Shown piece after piece: positions 49,352-63,894 of a DNA stretch of 64,000 bases. Numbering within the stretch: the stretch's first letter is position 1; the number at the start of each line of letters is the position of its first letter. The notes under the pieces are model-generated. The model was not told the origin of the DNA, did not search any database, and saw only the letters and a program-made list of their open reading frames with translations. The translations under genes were made by a program, and so were the position numbers. Source of the DNA: Octopus vulgaris (taxonomy: Eukaryota); contig OX597822.1 of the NCBI GenBank assembly GCA_951406725.2, positions 28,396,001 to 28,460,000 of the forward strand, read 5' to 3'.

Positions 49352-50965
49352 GATGATGATGATGATGATCATGGTGCTGGTGGTGCTGGTGCTGGTGGCA
49401 GCGGCGGCGACGGCGGTGGCGGTGGTGGTGGTGGTGGTAGTAGTGGCTGTCCACTTGCGAGGAAAACAGTCCCTGGTCATTCTCCATACAAAATGTCAGC
49501 AACGTCTGCAGAATTTTAGGACCAGCATGTCTTGCACGTTGTCCCGTAGGTCTTCTGCACGCTTTTGATTTTACTCCGAAACAAGCCAGGTCAAGATATC
49601 TAGTGCCAATATGGGTCGCAGGCTCAGGAATCTGGGAGTGTCATGATCTCAAGGAAAACCGAAAGATCCCCAGAAATGTCCAGTACCATTCCTTTCACAT
49701 ATGGTTTATCTGAACAAAAGCTGAGAGCTGCCTCACTCCCAGTGGTCTTCAGCACGCCAGACACCAACTCAGGATTTCTGAGGGACTCTGCTATTGCTGG
49801 CTATTCGTGGAAGCTACACTGGGTTCATCCGTCCTTTTGACAGCTCTTGTTTTTAGTCCAGCTGGATTTTTAGCAATATTCCTCACCAGGCTTGCCTAGT
49901 GAAGGTTTCGGTTTAGTCGTCGACGACCCGACAATGCAACAAGTTGTACTGGATTTCATGTTACCAGTAGCACTTATGAGAGAGCTCACAAGCGACCTGA
50001 CGTATACATACATGTATACATTCATACACATAGATTTCTGTGCGCATGCTTAAGAGTATCATAGCCAATATCTATACGGCTGTGTTTAGGCAGTTTGTGG
50101 GTGGTTGTGTATGTGTGCGAGGATAAAGGAAAGCGGAAGTGTAAAATAATTAAGACACTCCAATTTACAGTGACCCAGAAATCATTCAATTAGCGTTATT
50201 AGTATGCTCAGGGAGAGAGAGGGATGGGGGAAGAGATAGGGAAAGACACGTACACAAATGCATACACATATATACGCACAGAGAGAGTAAAAGGGCGAGA
50301 GAGAGGGGGAGATAATATATACATATATATTCTTTTCGTATACATATTGCTTTTATCTTTCTGTGTATATGCGTGTATGTGTGCGTGTGCATGAGTATGT
50401 AGGTGTTGAAATGTCTCCGTTAACAATTCAAGATAACCTATGTCATTTTGATACAGACAATTAAATTGTATTGCTTGGAAGAATAATATTAGTTTAAATG
50501 TGCTTATCATCGCATGATAATTATAATACATCTACTGTCGAATACATAGTTATTTATATTGACCAATGCACGGTAATATCATATTGAATTAGCTTTGGCA
50601 CAGTTAAACACTCAATTTCGTTGTCAGTTCATTTTTACACACTGTGTTATTTGGTTGGTCTTGAAATTTAGCAGTTTCTTTGTCGACATTATTTTCAATT
50701 ATCACCGGATGAACAATCAGTATTATGTGAAAAAATAACACGATTTAGTCGGCATGACATGGATTCAAATTAAAAAGATATATGCACAGTTTTATCCCAA
50801 GACTAAAAACCAACGCGAACTTTTGGGAATTTTCAAACTTTGCTTGGAACTTGGTGCTGTGAACAAGCTATACAATTGTGATTGAAACGGAGAAATATTT
50901 CGCATCAAATCCGGTAGGTCTCAACTATATTGTATTTACTTTCATTGTATTTACTGCGAAAAGTG

Positions 50966-51004
<39 letters not shown>

Positions 51005-51142
51005 AATATGCACATATATCCATGTGTGTGTATATGTACTCGTATATATATGTATGAATGATTGACTGAATATATGTATAAACACATACACACACGTATA
51101 TATGCACAAATAATCATATACATACATACATATATACATATA

Positions 51143-51533
51143 TATTGTTGTATTTCGGGATGGTCATTTTTTTTGCTAAATAAACACACGCACTATATAT
51201 TCGTTCTTCACTCGTTCATTGCTGCTCCTATTCTAACTCATGCCCATTGTTCCGAAATCTTTCGTCACACACGTGCGACTTCCTCCTCAGCAACACTTTC
51301 CGTCGACGTGTTAAATATAAATATTTAAGCAAGAGCTTATTCCATGGAATAAGCAGAGCAAGAGCACGTACGACGCCAGAAAGTGTCACTGAGGAGGTCA
51401 CAGATGTGTGACGAATGATTTCCGAACAGTGGACATAAGCTAGATTAAGAACAATAATAAACGAGTAAAGAACGAATATACAGTACGTGTGTTTATTTGA
51501 CAAAAATACGACCGTCCCAAAATACAGCAATAT
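51143..51533. mobile_element. Foldback element with ~165 bp inverted arms containing degenerate hammerhead motifs
   Basis: 51143-51310 is reverse-complementary to 51367-51533; arms contain CTGAGGA..GTC(A/G)CA....TGTGAC-GAA. Confidence 0.7.
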
Positions 51534-51821
51534 CTCTTTCAACACACGACTTCCCATCAGTATTTTTGCAATACAAATTCATAAACGTGTGTCTATGTGT
51601 GTGTGTGAAATTGAAGTGTTAATAAGAAGCATATTGGGAATGCTTGGAGCCCTTCATTACGATCGTTTCAATAGTCTTTTAGAATAATTATATAATTATA
51701 CTTTTACAAGGCCATTCGAAATATAAGCCGGGTTGAACATATAACCCAACCCTAATTCGTATTGTAATGTGACGTGCATCAAAGCACATCATGAAATATA
51801 TGTGTGTGAGTGTGTGAGTGT

Positions 51822-51938
<117 letters not shown>

Positions 51939-52812
51939 TGTGTTTCAAAAATAAATTTTAAAATCCGATGATAGGGTACAAAAGGCAAAAAGAGCGTATT
52001 AGGTTTACGCTCAGGAAAAATAAAAGGAAAAGTCTTATACACTTCTGCAGAAACGATTGGTGAGGAAACAAGAAATGGAGAGAGATCAGAACAAACGCTT
52101 CTCAATTAGACGATCACCTCGTGCTGAAATTATGTTCGCACTTGCACACAGATATAAATATTTAAATAAATGCATACATACACATTTACATACGCACACA
52201 TGCACTGCGCGCGCGGCACTTACGGCACACACAAGACACACCCTTCATGCACAAATATGTGTGTGTCCTTGTGGAGGAAGTGAATGTCTGTGTTGTGTTT
52301 GGAAAGATATATGTTCCCTTACCCTAAGATAAGACACTACACCAGTACGTTTTTGGAAACATCTCTCTCCCTGTGTACTTAAGAAGTTAGTCTCCCTTAG
52401 ATACTAATATTTTTTTTAAAACATTAGCCAATAGAGAGTATACTAACGAACTGGTTCAGATCTTTTTTGCATTCATTCTTTATAGTGGTTGTAGGCAATC
52501 CTTGATTATACTTTCTCAGCTGTCATTGTTAAGAGCAGCATAACAATGGTGAAAGATGTACCAACGAATCTTCTGACACAACCACTATCTGCACAGTTAG
52601 TTCAACATACAAGCTCATCTGTATTTATTACTTTTTGCTTCTATAACTATTTAGATATTTCTTATCGTTTAAATCGGAGCATTCTCTGGAAGGTAAATAA
52701 CTAAAAGCTGATAGAGTGCTTTTAATATGACCTCTACTCCTTTGGAGAGCTGATGCACAATGCGTCTCATTACCCTACAAATATGAAATTCATACGGCTC
52801 CAAAAACCTTTA

Positions 52813-53210
52813 TGCAGGTATGGCTGCGTGGTATGAAGATCGCTTCCCTACCATAGGTTTCGGATTCAATTGCACTGCTTGATACCTTGGGGAAATGTTT
52901 TCTACTAAAGCCCCGGATTGACCAAAGCCTTGTTAGTGTATTTGGAAACTGAGGAAGTCCATATATATATAATATATATATACAAGTGTGTGTGTGTGTG
53001 TATGATTGCTTCTGTTTATGCTTGTCCTCCACCATCGCTTGACAGCTGGTGTTGTTTTGTTTACGTCCCGAACCTCAGCTGTTCTGAAAAAGAGACGGCA
53101 GAATAAATACCAGGCTTAAAAACAATCACTAGGGTCGATTTGGTCAACCAAGAACTTTCTAGAAGGTGTCCCAGCATGACCGCAGTCTAATGACTGAAAA
53201 ATATAAAAAG
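52813..53210 (+). mobile_element. SINE family 1, older copy
   Basis: Diverged match to family 1 head, body and tail. Confidence 0.7.
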
Positions 53211-53842
53211 AACAAACAAGAAATTTGCATGCTTAGTATAACTTCAATCACTCTCTCCCATGTCACTCTCTCCCTCTCTTCCTTTCTCCTCTTCTCTCTT
53301 CCTCTGTCTGTCTATCCTCTTTCTCTCTCAATCAGCAGTAACTTTCATCTTTCATGCCATATTAAATACTCGATTCGTTTTCCCACGCTTATTATAATTT
53401 TACTGTTTGAAACTATGAAATTATAAAAGCATTACATTTGTATAAACACTACATGAATAAATATAGTTCTCAGCAACAACAATAATAATGCCACCAGGTA
53501 CATGTGTCCTCAACAATTATATTATGAGTTATGTCATTAAGTAGATTTATTCTCAACAAACACTGTACAAATCCTTACTCTTCTGTATCAGTAACAAACC
53601 ACATTTGTAAACGTAAACGTAAAAATCAACCATTTAGAATTAGTCTTCTGAACAGCGTCGTTTAACTTCATCTTATTTTTATTAATTCATAGGTTCGAAA
53701 ATATATAAAATTCACCAAAACAGCTCACAATATCCAACTCCTTCTAACCACTGATTCCGTTGGCCGTTTCTACTCTACAAGCTGTTGCTAATCAACTCAG
53801 ATGCTGCACAAAGAGCACTAAAAGAAAAGATTTTTTGAAATA

Positions 53843-54230
53843 CTCTTTTACTCTTTTACTTGTTTCAGTCATTTGACTGCGGCCATGCTGGAGCACCGCT
53901 TTTACTCGAAGAAATCGCCCCAGGACTTGTTCTTTATAAGCCCGGTACTTATTCTATCGGTCTCTTTTGCCGAACCGCTAGATTACGCAGACGTAAACAC
54001 ACCAGCATCGGCTGTCAAGTGATGTTGTGGGGGGGGGGGGGGGGCAAACACAGACACACATACATATATTTATATACGACGGGCTTCTTTCAGTTTCCGT
54101 CTACCAAATCCACTCACAAGACCCGAGGATATAGTAGAAGACACTTGCCCAAGGTGCCACACAGTGGGACTGAACCCGGAACCATGTGATTGGTAAGCAA
54201 GCTACTTACCACACAGCCACTCCTGCGCCT
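53843..54230 (-). mobile_element. SINE family 1 copy
   Basis: Close match to 58825-59234. Confidence 0.85.
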
Positions 54231-54524
54231 ATATAGCATATATAAAATATCAATAATCATTCTTCGATCATTTATATTTACTAAATACTAAAATCTGACA
54301 ACCACAAGTTTAGGTACTGTAAATAGTTTCCAAATACACATATTAATACGGAATACATACGTACTTGCATACACACACACATACAGACACGCACACACAC
54401 ATACATGCACACACATATACATACATACATACATACATACATACATACATACATACATACATACATACATACATACATACATACATACATACATACATAC
54501 ATACAAACATACATACATACATTA

Positions 54525-54830
54525 GGAGCACTCCGTCGGTTGCGACGACGAGGGGCCCAATGATACGATCAACGGAACAGCTTGCTCGTGAAATTAACGT
54601 GCAAGTGGCTGATCACTCCAAAAACACGTGTACCCTTAACGTAGTTCTCGGGTAGATTCAGCGTGACACTGTGTGACAAGGCTGGTCCTTTGAAATACAG
54701 GTACTACTCCTTTTTGCCAGCTGAGTGGACTGGAGCAACATGAAATAAAGTGTCTTGCATAAGGAATTGAACTCACGACCTTACGATCATGAGCCGAATG
54801 CCCCTAATCACTACGCCACGCGTTTTCACT
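54525..54830 (-). mobile_element. SINE family 3 copy between (ATAC)n tracts
   Basis: Reverse-complement homologue of 23290-23612. Confidence 0.75.
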
Positions 54831-55754
54831 ACATACATACATGCATACATACATACATACATACATACATACATACATACATACATACATACATGCATGC
54901 ATGCATACATACATACATACATACATACATACATACATACATACATACATGCATACATACATAAGTACGTACGTACACTCACAAGAAATACTGGTAGAGC
55001 ATTCCCATCAAAACCTCTACCAAATGTACACATGACAGATTTGACATTGTTATTTGGAACAAAAAGAAGTCTTGCACATCACGCAAAATTTGCAGAAAGG
55101 AGAATATTTGTGGACAACCACTTCGAAATTTGCAACCCTTATTATAAATTTCAGATTGTAAAAAGTCCTTATAAATATTGCAAGGCATTTTTACGAAGGC
55201 TCTAACGATTCTGCCTGGTCGCCGTCTTCACCATCCAGCCTCATTTGAACTCGTGACCGTTATATCACGTCACAAATTCAAGGTTAAACTTTTGCGCTCC
55301 AAAAGCAGAGGATAGCTGCGAAATAGCTAACGATTGAAAAAAGAGGTAGTGAAGTCATTAATCGGCCAAGATAGAGCCAAAAATGTCAATATCACATTTA
55401 TGTGAATAATATTACACGTGATAAGCATGTTCCCAAAATATCACCAAAATACGACCTCCTGTTGGGTAGGATGACCGACCAGAGATAAATTTAGATAATG
55501 CTCCTGTTATTAATTACACAACAACACGAAGAATGTTGGTAGAACATCAGATCTTCCTCCCAGTGCAAACATTTCAGGATTAATATATTTGTTTGTGGCA
55601 TCTACAGTCATAGAAGTGGGCCACCCAGTATATATAAATATGTCTCAAATATCATTGAAAAGGAAAACATTTATGAATAACTGTTTCGATATCTATAGTC
55701 TCTATATTATAAGCTCACATATATACCAAAAAAGTTGGCATTTTTCTAAAGTGA

Positions 55755-56054
55755 CAAATCTTTTTTCACGCTAAGAGTTGCTGAAGTATGGAACAAACTG
55801 CCGGCATCAGTTGTTTAGTTGTCGGAGCACTGCGTCCTTCAAAACTTCCATGCTTCTTGAGATTCGCCAACACTACACCTGATTTTCTCCCTTCCATACA
55901 CACGCAAGCATGTATCTGACTCATACACTGTTCCTTTTCCAGACATTTGTACATTACTGCATATTCTTCATACGCACTTTTGACAAGTTGTGGTGCACCT
56001 GAGCACTGTATACAATAATTTCATTATTATTGTTATTATCATTATTATTATTAA

Positions 56055-56085
<31 letters not shown>
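55755..56085 (+). mobile_element. CR1-group LINE 3' end with (ATT)n tail
   Basis: FFTLRVAEVWNKLPASVV..SFK C-terminal motif, ~200 bp UTR, then (ATT)n. Confidence 0.7.
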
Positions 56086-56087
<2 letters not shown>

Positions 56088-56939
56088 GAATTTTTGGGCA
56101 AAAATATTCAAAAATCACACTCCTAGATACAATCTATAAAAACAATGTTAAAATATGCAAGATTATTCTAATATTCAAAGTGTAATGCATCGTTTTTGTT
56201 ACCCAACTTTCAAAAATTGGAGCTCTGATTCTTTGTTAAAAACTAGCTTCATCTCTGTGGAAGGGAAAGCTAAGAATAAGAAATGCATTCGTACATGTAT
56301 AGTAAGTACGTACATAAATATATCCAAGATAAAACGTGGTGATTCAATGATTATATGTTTTATAAATACTTTTCAAAGTTTATATTATTATTAAGGCGGT
56401 GAGCTGGCAGAATCGCTTGTGCAAAGTACAAAATGCTCAACAGCGAATCTACTGGTTCTTTATGTTCTGAGATCAATGATTATTTTTGCCTTTCAACCTT
56501 TCGAAAGTCGATACAATAAGTACCAGTCAAGTACTGAGGTCGATATAACCGACTAAACTCTTGTGCCGAAATTTGAAAAAAAAAATTGCCTTCTATTTTC
56601 ATTTACTTCAGTAGGTGTACAGCGGTCATGCTGAGGCACTGTCTGGAAGTGTTTAATCAGATAAATAGATCTATATTTACAATTTTATCAGTCTCTTTTG
56701 TCGAAACCGCTAAGTTAAGGAGATGTCAACAAACCAACGGTGGTTGTCAAGTTATGAAGGAAACATACATAAACAGAGAGAAATACACACTCTCTCTCAC
56801 ACACACACACACGCGTGCATATACATACATATATATATACATACATACATATATATATACATACATACATATATATATGTGACCTCGTGTGTACCGTTGG
56901 CGATTTTTTTTCCTTTGTCTTCCCTTCTCTGGATCTTTC

Positions 56940-56975
56940 CCTCTCCTATGTTTCCGACGAAGAGCTCCGCTCGAA
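56940..56975 (+). ncRNA. Minimal hammerhead motif with U4->C variant
   Basis: GTTT-CCGACGA-a-GAGC-tcc-GCTC-GAAAC-GTT-AAAC; stem I GTTT/AAAC, palindromic AACGTT; same repeat family as 6625-6660. Confidence 0.5.
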
Positions 56976-57169
56976 ACGTTAAACTCTCCTTCTTTCCTGA
57001 GCATCCAATAATACTATATTTGTTCCACATCCTCGCATTAGTTTTAGCTCAAAGCTGTGGTCAAACTGGGGCACTGCTGTTTTGCTACTGTTATTATAGA
57101 GACACATATTAGAATATGTGGCATTTGGTGAATAAGGGAGTTTGATGTCGCTATACTCATTTGCACCTC

Positions 57170-57800
57170 CTGCCGCGAGGTAAGTTCATCTGGGACTCTA
57201 GACAGGAAATGATCCAGTTTTGATTTGAAAACTCCTACATCTACATTGTATAGGTCCGCCAGGCTCTTTGGCAGAATATTAAAAAGCTGTGGGCCCCTGA
57301 AACCAAGCGCGATGGCATTGTTGGGATTTTTGGCACTGTGCAGTGGTGACCAGTTCTGGCATTTGTGTAGCTTCCAATGCCAAAATTTGAAACAATCCCT
57401 TCTAGGATCTTCGAGATATATTTTACTGCATATCTATCCCGCCTTTGCTGCAGGGAGTTGAGTGTTAGCTCTTTCAGACTATCCTAGTAGCTGGGTTGTT
57501 GCAATAAGACGATCTTCTTTGTGAAACTTCGCTGGATTGCTTGAAGGTCCACTGTTAATTTTACAGTGTGGGGTGACCATAGTTGGGAGCAATAATCCAG
57601 GCGGCTGAAGACGAATGTCCTCCAGAGGTCCATTGCAGTTTCCTTCTTTCTGGTTCTGAAGGTTCTCAGGATCCAGCTAGCCAGTCGTCTACACTTTGTC
57701 ACCATCCTGGTTATGTGCACTTGGAAAGACGTATCATCACTCATGTCGATACATGTCGATACCCAGGTCTCTGGGATTGTAGTCCCCTGTGGGCCAGTGT
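57170..57800 (-). mobile_element. Decayed CR1/L2-group LINE RT C-terminal fragment
   Basis: HITRMVTKCRRLASWILRTF...FVFSRLDYCSQLWSP....DLQAIQRSFTKKI. Confidence 0.75.
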
Positions 57801-57832
57801 ACCCTGTAAGTTTTATGTGTGTCTATGTATGA

Positions 57833-57889
<57 letters not shown>

Positions 57890-58099
57890 TACACATATAT
57901 ATACACGCACACACACACAGACACACAGAGGTAAAGTGCAAACAGCCCGCTCCCGTTTTTTTTTTCGTTCTTCATTTCCCCCAAAAAGAGGCCACAATCA
58001 TATGACTGAAACAAATAAAAGAATAATACTTGTTATATATATATATATATATATATATATACTTTTATCCTTTTATTCTTTTATTCTTTTATTCTTTTA

Positions 58100-58495
58100 A
58101 TCATTTCAGTAATTTCACTATAGCCATGCTGGAGCACTGGCTTGGAGAGTTTTAGTCAAACAAATTGACCGAGGACTTATTTTTTAAGCCTAGTACTTAT
58201 TATAACGACACCTGAGACCGAACCGCTAAGTTACGTGGACGTAAACACACCGACACCGATTCTCAAGTGGTGATGAGGGGGTGATAAAACAGACACAAAT
58301 ATACACACAAACATAGATATATGCACATATATACCTATGCAACCGGCTTCTTTCAGTTTCCATCTACCAAATCCACTCACAACGTTTTGGTTGGTGCGAG
58401 GTTATAGTAGAAAATACCTGCTCAAGGTGGCACGCAGTGGGACTGACACCGGAATCATGTGGTCTGGAGGCAAATTTCTTAACACACAGCCACAT
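58100..58495 (-). mobile_element. SINE family 1, older copy
   Basis: Diverged match to family 1. Confidence 0.75.
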
Positions 58496-58534
58496 ACATA
58501 CATATATCTGAACATGTGTGTGTGTATACATATA

Positions 58535-58574
<40 letters not shown>

Positions 58575-58617
58575 TACTTCGAAATGGAAGCGTGGGGTTC
58601 AGTCATATAATGATATA

Positions 58618-58655
<38 letters not shown>

Positions 58656-58824
58656 ATATATAAATAATATATATTTTCATATAAATTTTTAAGTATAAAA
58701 AGAATGATAGATATAATATAATAACTATTATATTATATTATATTTATTATAATATTATATTACTTATTACTTATCATATTATATTTATCATTCTTTTTAA
58801 ACTTTAAAAAAATATATATATATA

Positions 58825-59234
58825 CTCTTTACTCTTTACTCTTTTACTTGTTTCAGTCATTTGACTGCGGCCATGCTGGAGCACCGCCTTTAGTCGAGCA
58901 AATCGACCCCGGGACTTATTCTTTGTAAGCCCAGTACTTATTTTATCGGTCTCTTTTGCCGAACCGCTAAGTGACGGGGACGTAAACACACCAGCATTGG
59001 TTGTCAAGCAATGCTAGGGGGACAAACACAAACATATACACACACACCCATACATATATATACATATATACGACAGGCTTCTTTCAGTTTCAGTCTACCA
59101 AATCCACTCAAAAGGCATTGGTCGGCCCGGGGCTATAGCAGAAGACACTTGCCCAAGATGCCACGCAGTGGGACTGAACCCGGAACCATGTGGTTGGTTA
59201 GCAAGCTACTTACCACACAGCCACTCCTGCGCCT
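58825..59234 (-). mobile_element. SINE family 1, apparently full-length copy
   Basis: Complete head (GGCGCAGGAGTGGCTGTGTGGTAAG on minus strand) through to the GTAAAAGA-repeat tail. Confidence 0.88.
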
Positions 59235-59235
59235 A

Positions 59236-59363
<128 letters not shown>

Positions 59364-59834
59364 TATAAATAATATATATTTTCATATAAATTTTTTTAAG
59401 TATAAAAAGAATGATAGATATAATATAATAAGTATTATATTATATTATATTTATTATAATATTATATTACTTATTACTTATCATATTATATTTATCATTC
59501 TTTTTAAACTTAAAAAAAATTATATATATATATATATTATTTATATTAATTACATTTATATTATTTGTTATTTGTGCATTGGTTTATGTCTATCAGTTTG
59601 ACTTGCATAATAGTGGTTTTAACTTAGGTATGCGAACAACGAGAGAAACAAATGGAAAACAAGGCAAGTAACATAAAGACAGACTCTTCTTAGTTGTCGT
59701 CTGTTCATCTATACCACATTTCTAGCAATTAACGACAACATATGTGTGTGTGTATGTCTCTGTGTGTGTGTGTCTGTATGTGAGAAGTGGGTATGATTGG
59801 TGGAGTGTAGAGTTGTTATATTTTACATTAACTA

Positions 59835-59860
59835 TTTCTTTTTCTTTTATTTTACAGATA
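59835..59860 (+). promoter_or_regulatory. Putative splice acceptor, GPCR 5 (AG at 59856-59857)
   Basis: TTTCTTTTTCTTTTATTTTACAG|ATACC, 289 nt before the ATG; positionally equivalent to the motif in paralogues 1-4. Confidence 0.5.
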
Positions 59861-60146
59861 CCAGTGGAAAGTTCCAAGTCTATAAATGCAACTAACAGAT
59901 TAGAAATAATAAAACTCATTTATAATTCAATCTTGAATATCTAACATACGATATTTAATATTGATATTTCTTTTTTCCTGTGAAACTTAACGGAAACGTA
60001 AATTCTTTAGTCCACAAGGGATTAAATTAATGGAAATTCAAACATGCTAAAATATTTTATTGTGAATTCAAACGTAATACTATACGTCAAGCTATAAATA
60101 TATATATATACTTTGTTATCTATGAGACTGTTTTAGAACTTTTGAA

Positions 60147-62150
60147 ATGGAAATTCTTATACTTTTCATGATTATGCTTTCTTTTACAAATCTTACATCA
60201 CCACAAATACTAACAGACTTCCATGGCGGAAGTATTTCTTTATGTCCTCCACCCTTATGTTTTGATACAGCTAAAAATGATCAAAAGCGTTGTTCGTGTC
60301 GTCAGGATTGTTACCTCTTTAATGAATGTTGTATCGACATGATTAATAATACCAATTTTGATCAGAAAAATCGCCCTTATCCATCAATATATTATAGTTG
60401 TAGATACGTTGATTATTTTCGTTATAGTGTATATCAGTTCGATCGATGTCCGCTGAACCATGATGTTATGGAGTATGTAAACAGCTGTGAAAATCCTGAC
60501 TCAAATGATCGACTGCAAAACATACCTGCTTTTGGAAATACAAGTAAAATACTCTATAGGAACTTATATTGTGCTCTGTGTCATGGAGAGGAATTCATTC
60601 TTTGGAATCTTTTATATCAATGTGATTTAGGACCAAATGTAAGTTTCGAAAATATATTAAATAATGTGAAAGATGAAAATTGTTCGGCAACTGTGAAACC
60701 GCCTTCAGAAGATTTGGAGAAATATATATATCCTTGTACTGAATTCATTGCGAATTGTCCTCAAGATAACAATAATACGGAACAGAGAATTAAATGTGAA
60801 TCTAATCCAATGGCTTTAGTAAAATCTGGAATTAACGTATTTAGAAACATTCACTGTGCTACATGTAACGGGTTTGACGAAGTCGTTGATTACTGTGGAT
60901 ATCCACGCGTTTCTTTTGACGTCCCATTTACGCCTTCCTTAACTATCCTTTTTAATTACCATACCAATTCTCTGGTAATAAAAGATAACCGCCGTAATCG
61001 AGATTCTGTCATGCAGTTTACCTCTTGTCAAAAACCTGCTGTCTACGATATGAATACTAAGGAATGTCGACAAGTTATCTACCAACCTCAGCTAAATTGT
61101 ACGACAACAACATTAAATGAATCTGAGTATCATATTACAAGCGATGGTCTCCTGTACATAAATAATACCCAACGTTTACTGAACCAATCAGAATTCACTC
61201 GTGATTCTCAAGGTATAATAAGTATCTGTGTAAAGAATAGTACCACTGTAATACGAACGTATTCTACTGCTGAACGTTATATCACATTTGTGGGATTAAT
61301 TATCTCTATTCCGGCTCTAGCAATTACTATTATAGTCTATCTCTGCATACCCGATCTCCGTACCTTACCGGGTAAATTACTCATTAGTCTTTTATCAGCA
61401 TTGTTTGTAGTTGAGCTTCTCTTTCTTATCTCATCACAAGTCACTACATCTACAGTGCTGTGTAAATCTTTAGCAGTAGTAATGCATTATTCGTTTCTAG
61501 CGACTTTCTTCTGGATGAATGTCATGTCATTTGATGCCTGGCACACTTTCTCGGGACTCACACAAATTCGAAGTAAAGGAAAACATACCAAGAGATTTGT
61601 AATATATTCCTTGTATGCTTGGATCTGTCCACTTGTAATAATAACAGTATCACTGATATTTGAGTATATTCCTGGAAATCATGGACTTTCTCCAGAATAT
61701 GGAAATGGTGTTTGTTGGATTACAAACGGAAAAAGTTTGCTGTGGCTCTTTGCAATACCTGTAATAATTATATTATGTCTTAATATATTTGCATTTATTC
61801 TAACCGCTAGAGGGCTGCATTTGGCCAAGAAACTTTCTTCGAAACATTTATCTAAACACAATAAAACTTTGCCCTTCATATATATAAAATTAAGTTTCAT
61901 CATGGGTTTAACATGGATATTCGCCTTCTTGTATACATTTACGAGAATTGAGGAATTTTCCCTGTTATTTTGTATCTTAAACTCATTCATAGGATTATTT
62001 ATATGTTTATCATTTCTATTAACAAAGATTGTCTGTCGTAATTTCCTTAAACATGTACAGAAGATTCCTAAGTTCTCTGCTATTATTCACACCGATATTT
62101 CTCCAACTTCCAAAACACAAATAACGGATATGAGTGTTTCACATAACTAA
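60147..62150 (+). CDS. Methuselah-like GPCR paralogue 5 (667 aa)
   Basis: Divergent ectodomain with the same Cys scaffold (CSCRQDCYLFNECC, YRNLYCALCHG, FRNIHCATCNG); stalk and TM1-4 very similar to paralogues 1-3. Confidence 0.93.
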   Translation: MEILILFMIMLSFTNLTSPQILTDFHGGSISLCPPPLCFDTAKNDQKRCSCRQDCYLFNECCIDMINNTNFDQKNRPYPSIYYSCRYVDYFRYSVYQFDRCPLNHDVMEYVNSCENPDSNDRLQNIPAFGNTSKILYRNLYCALCHGEEFILWNLLYQCDLGPNVSFENILNNVKDENCSATVKPPSEDLEKYIYPCTEFIANCPQDNNNTEQRIKCESNPMALVKSGINVFRNIHCATCNGFDEVVDYCGYPRVSFDVPFTPSLTILFNYHTNSLVIKDNRRNRDSVMQFTSCQKPAVYDMNTKECRQVIYQPQLNCTTTTLNESEYHITSDGLLYINNTQRLLNQSEFTRDSQGIISICVKNSTTVIRTYSTAERYITFVGLIISIPALAITIIVYLCIPDLRTLPGKLLISLLSALFVVELLFLISSQVTTSTVLCKSLAVVMHYSFLATFFWMNVMSFDAWHTFSGLTQIRSKGKHTKRFVIYSLYAWICPLVIITVSLIFEYIPGNHGLSPEYGNGVCWITNGKSLLWLFAIPVIIILCLNIFAFILTARGLHLAKKLSSKHLSKHNKTLPFIYIKLSFIMGLTWIFAFLYTFTRIEEFSLLFCILNSFIGLFICLSFLLTKIVCRNFLKHVQKIPKFSAIIHTDISPTSKTQITDMSVSHN

Positions 62151-63894
62151 CATTACCAAGTAGTCCATGCAAAAATCCATGTCAATAATTCTTATCATGA
62201 CTTTACGCTACTGAAGTTGTTCGGAAAGACGTGAATTTACTAACTATATTCATTTAACCGTTCTTGAAACCAGGTTTTTTGTACCTACTCAAGACAAGTC
62301 AATAGTCATACCAATGACCTCATCTGTTTTGCAGACTTCCATATAATGTTGCATTTCCAATCTCTATTTAAAGCTTATAATTTTTTTTATGTACGAAAAT
62401 AAGACACTTGAATTAACACCAACAGAAAAATGTCCTTTAACCTATTTCTGCCTAAATTACAAAACATTAGTGCTGATATCATTAGGAAAATAATATTAGC
62501 AATCGTCATCTCGAAACGTCGTTACCACACTATGAATTAATATATGAATTAATATAGCTTTTTGCTAAAATCTCTAAAACTATATTATAAACCTAATCAA
62601 TGTATACTGCGTAAAGTCTCTTATGATCTTACACAATACTACTTTCATGAAAACTTGTAATCAACATATTTATATCTCACATTAAGAACTACTTTACTAA
62701 TATATTTTACGCATGCTCACAAGCGCAATATGTAACCTGATATTTGTTAGCTAATTATGATGAAAATAAAAAAGAGGTCCCAGAAAATTTATTTAAACTT
62801 ATCTGTATTCTGTGGTTTCTATTTATTATTCACATAATATTTCTTATATTAAAACATAAACTGTTTTGCCGAAGGGTCTTCAACACAGGATTGGCCTAAT
62901 ACTGAATAACAAAGTTTTAGGATCTTAAGAACATTATACTTCGTTTTATGAAATCATTGATTTCCGATTACATTATCAATGATTATTTCTATTTTATCAG
63001 ATTACCCGAAATGATAATACAAAAATGTATATATAACAGAAATAATTTAACATAATGCTTAAGTATTTACATATATTGTTTTTGTTCTCAGCGTATGTTT
63101 TATTTGGAGATATTTCAACAGTGTCATATTTCTTCAAATTCTTACCGCCTTCTAAATATTCTCTTCATATTCAATAAGTTCTTTTCTTTCCACCATGTTT
63201 CGTAAGCACTCCCACTTTCTATGCTTTCGTTTTACCTTATACTTGCCCCTTCAGGAATTGCCAGCATTTAGCGTTTTATTTGGAGTTATTTGAAACAAGA
63301 AACTTAGGCCGACTAGTTTCTATCCAACCAATGTTGACATGTAAGCCTGCTCCATTTCACACTTTGAAAGACACGTTGAAATATTTTATACTACGACAGA
63401 GACAAGCACCGGAGCTTGGATTCATCCAGATTTCCATTAGCAGTTAACATTCAAACCGCTACACCTTACTACACGACCAAACTGTTTTATTGGCGTGCGC
63501 ATGAGCTCACCGTACTCACCTCAACTAGACGATCCAGCTTCAATTAGTTGCTCCAGCGCTGTTTATAGTTTTGGCTAGTAGCAAGTCGTTACAGAGTCAT
63601 GAATCATTCCGAATTCCGTGGCCACCACCCTGCTGGAGGTATTGCCTCTATTTCAGATTTAATGGGTGGAGAGTAGAGCGCCATGAACAGAATGATTTTT
63701 CTCACCAAATGCGGCTCCTTTGGCACTTTACATATGTATTTCACAGATGGGCTTCTTCGATGGATCCGAAGAGAGGTGGGAGATGATTTTGCCTGTTCAG
63801 AATTCTGCAGTATGTTTTCATACGAAAGTTTTAAAAATAAATAAGAAATCTCCTGCTTAATTTCTCATGTATGAATGTCAATTATATATGGCTT

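Noticed and set aside
49199-49568. Poly-His/Gly/Asp/Ala ORFs
   Set aside because: Compound (GA)n and triplet microsatellite; no flanking exon evidence.
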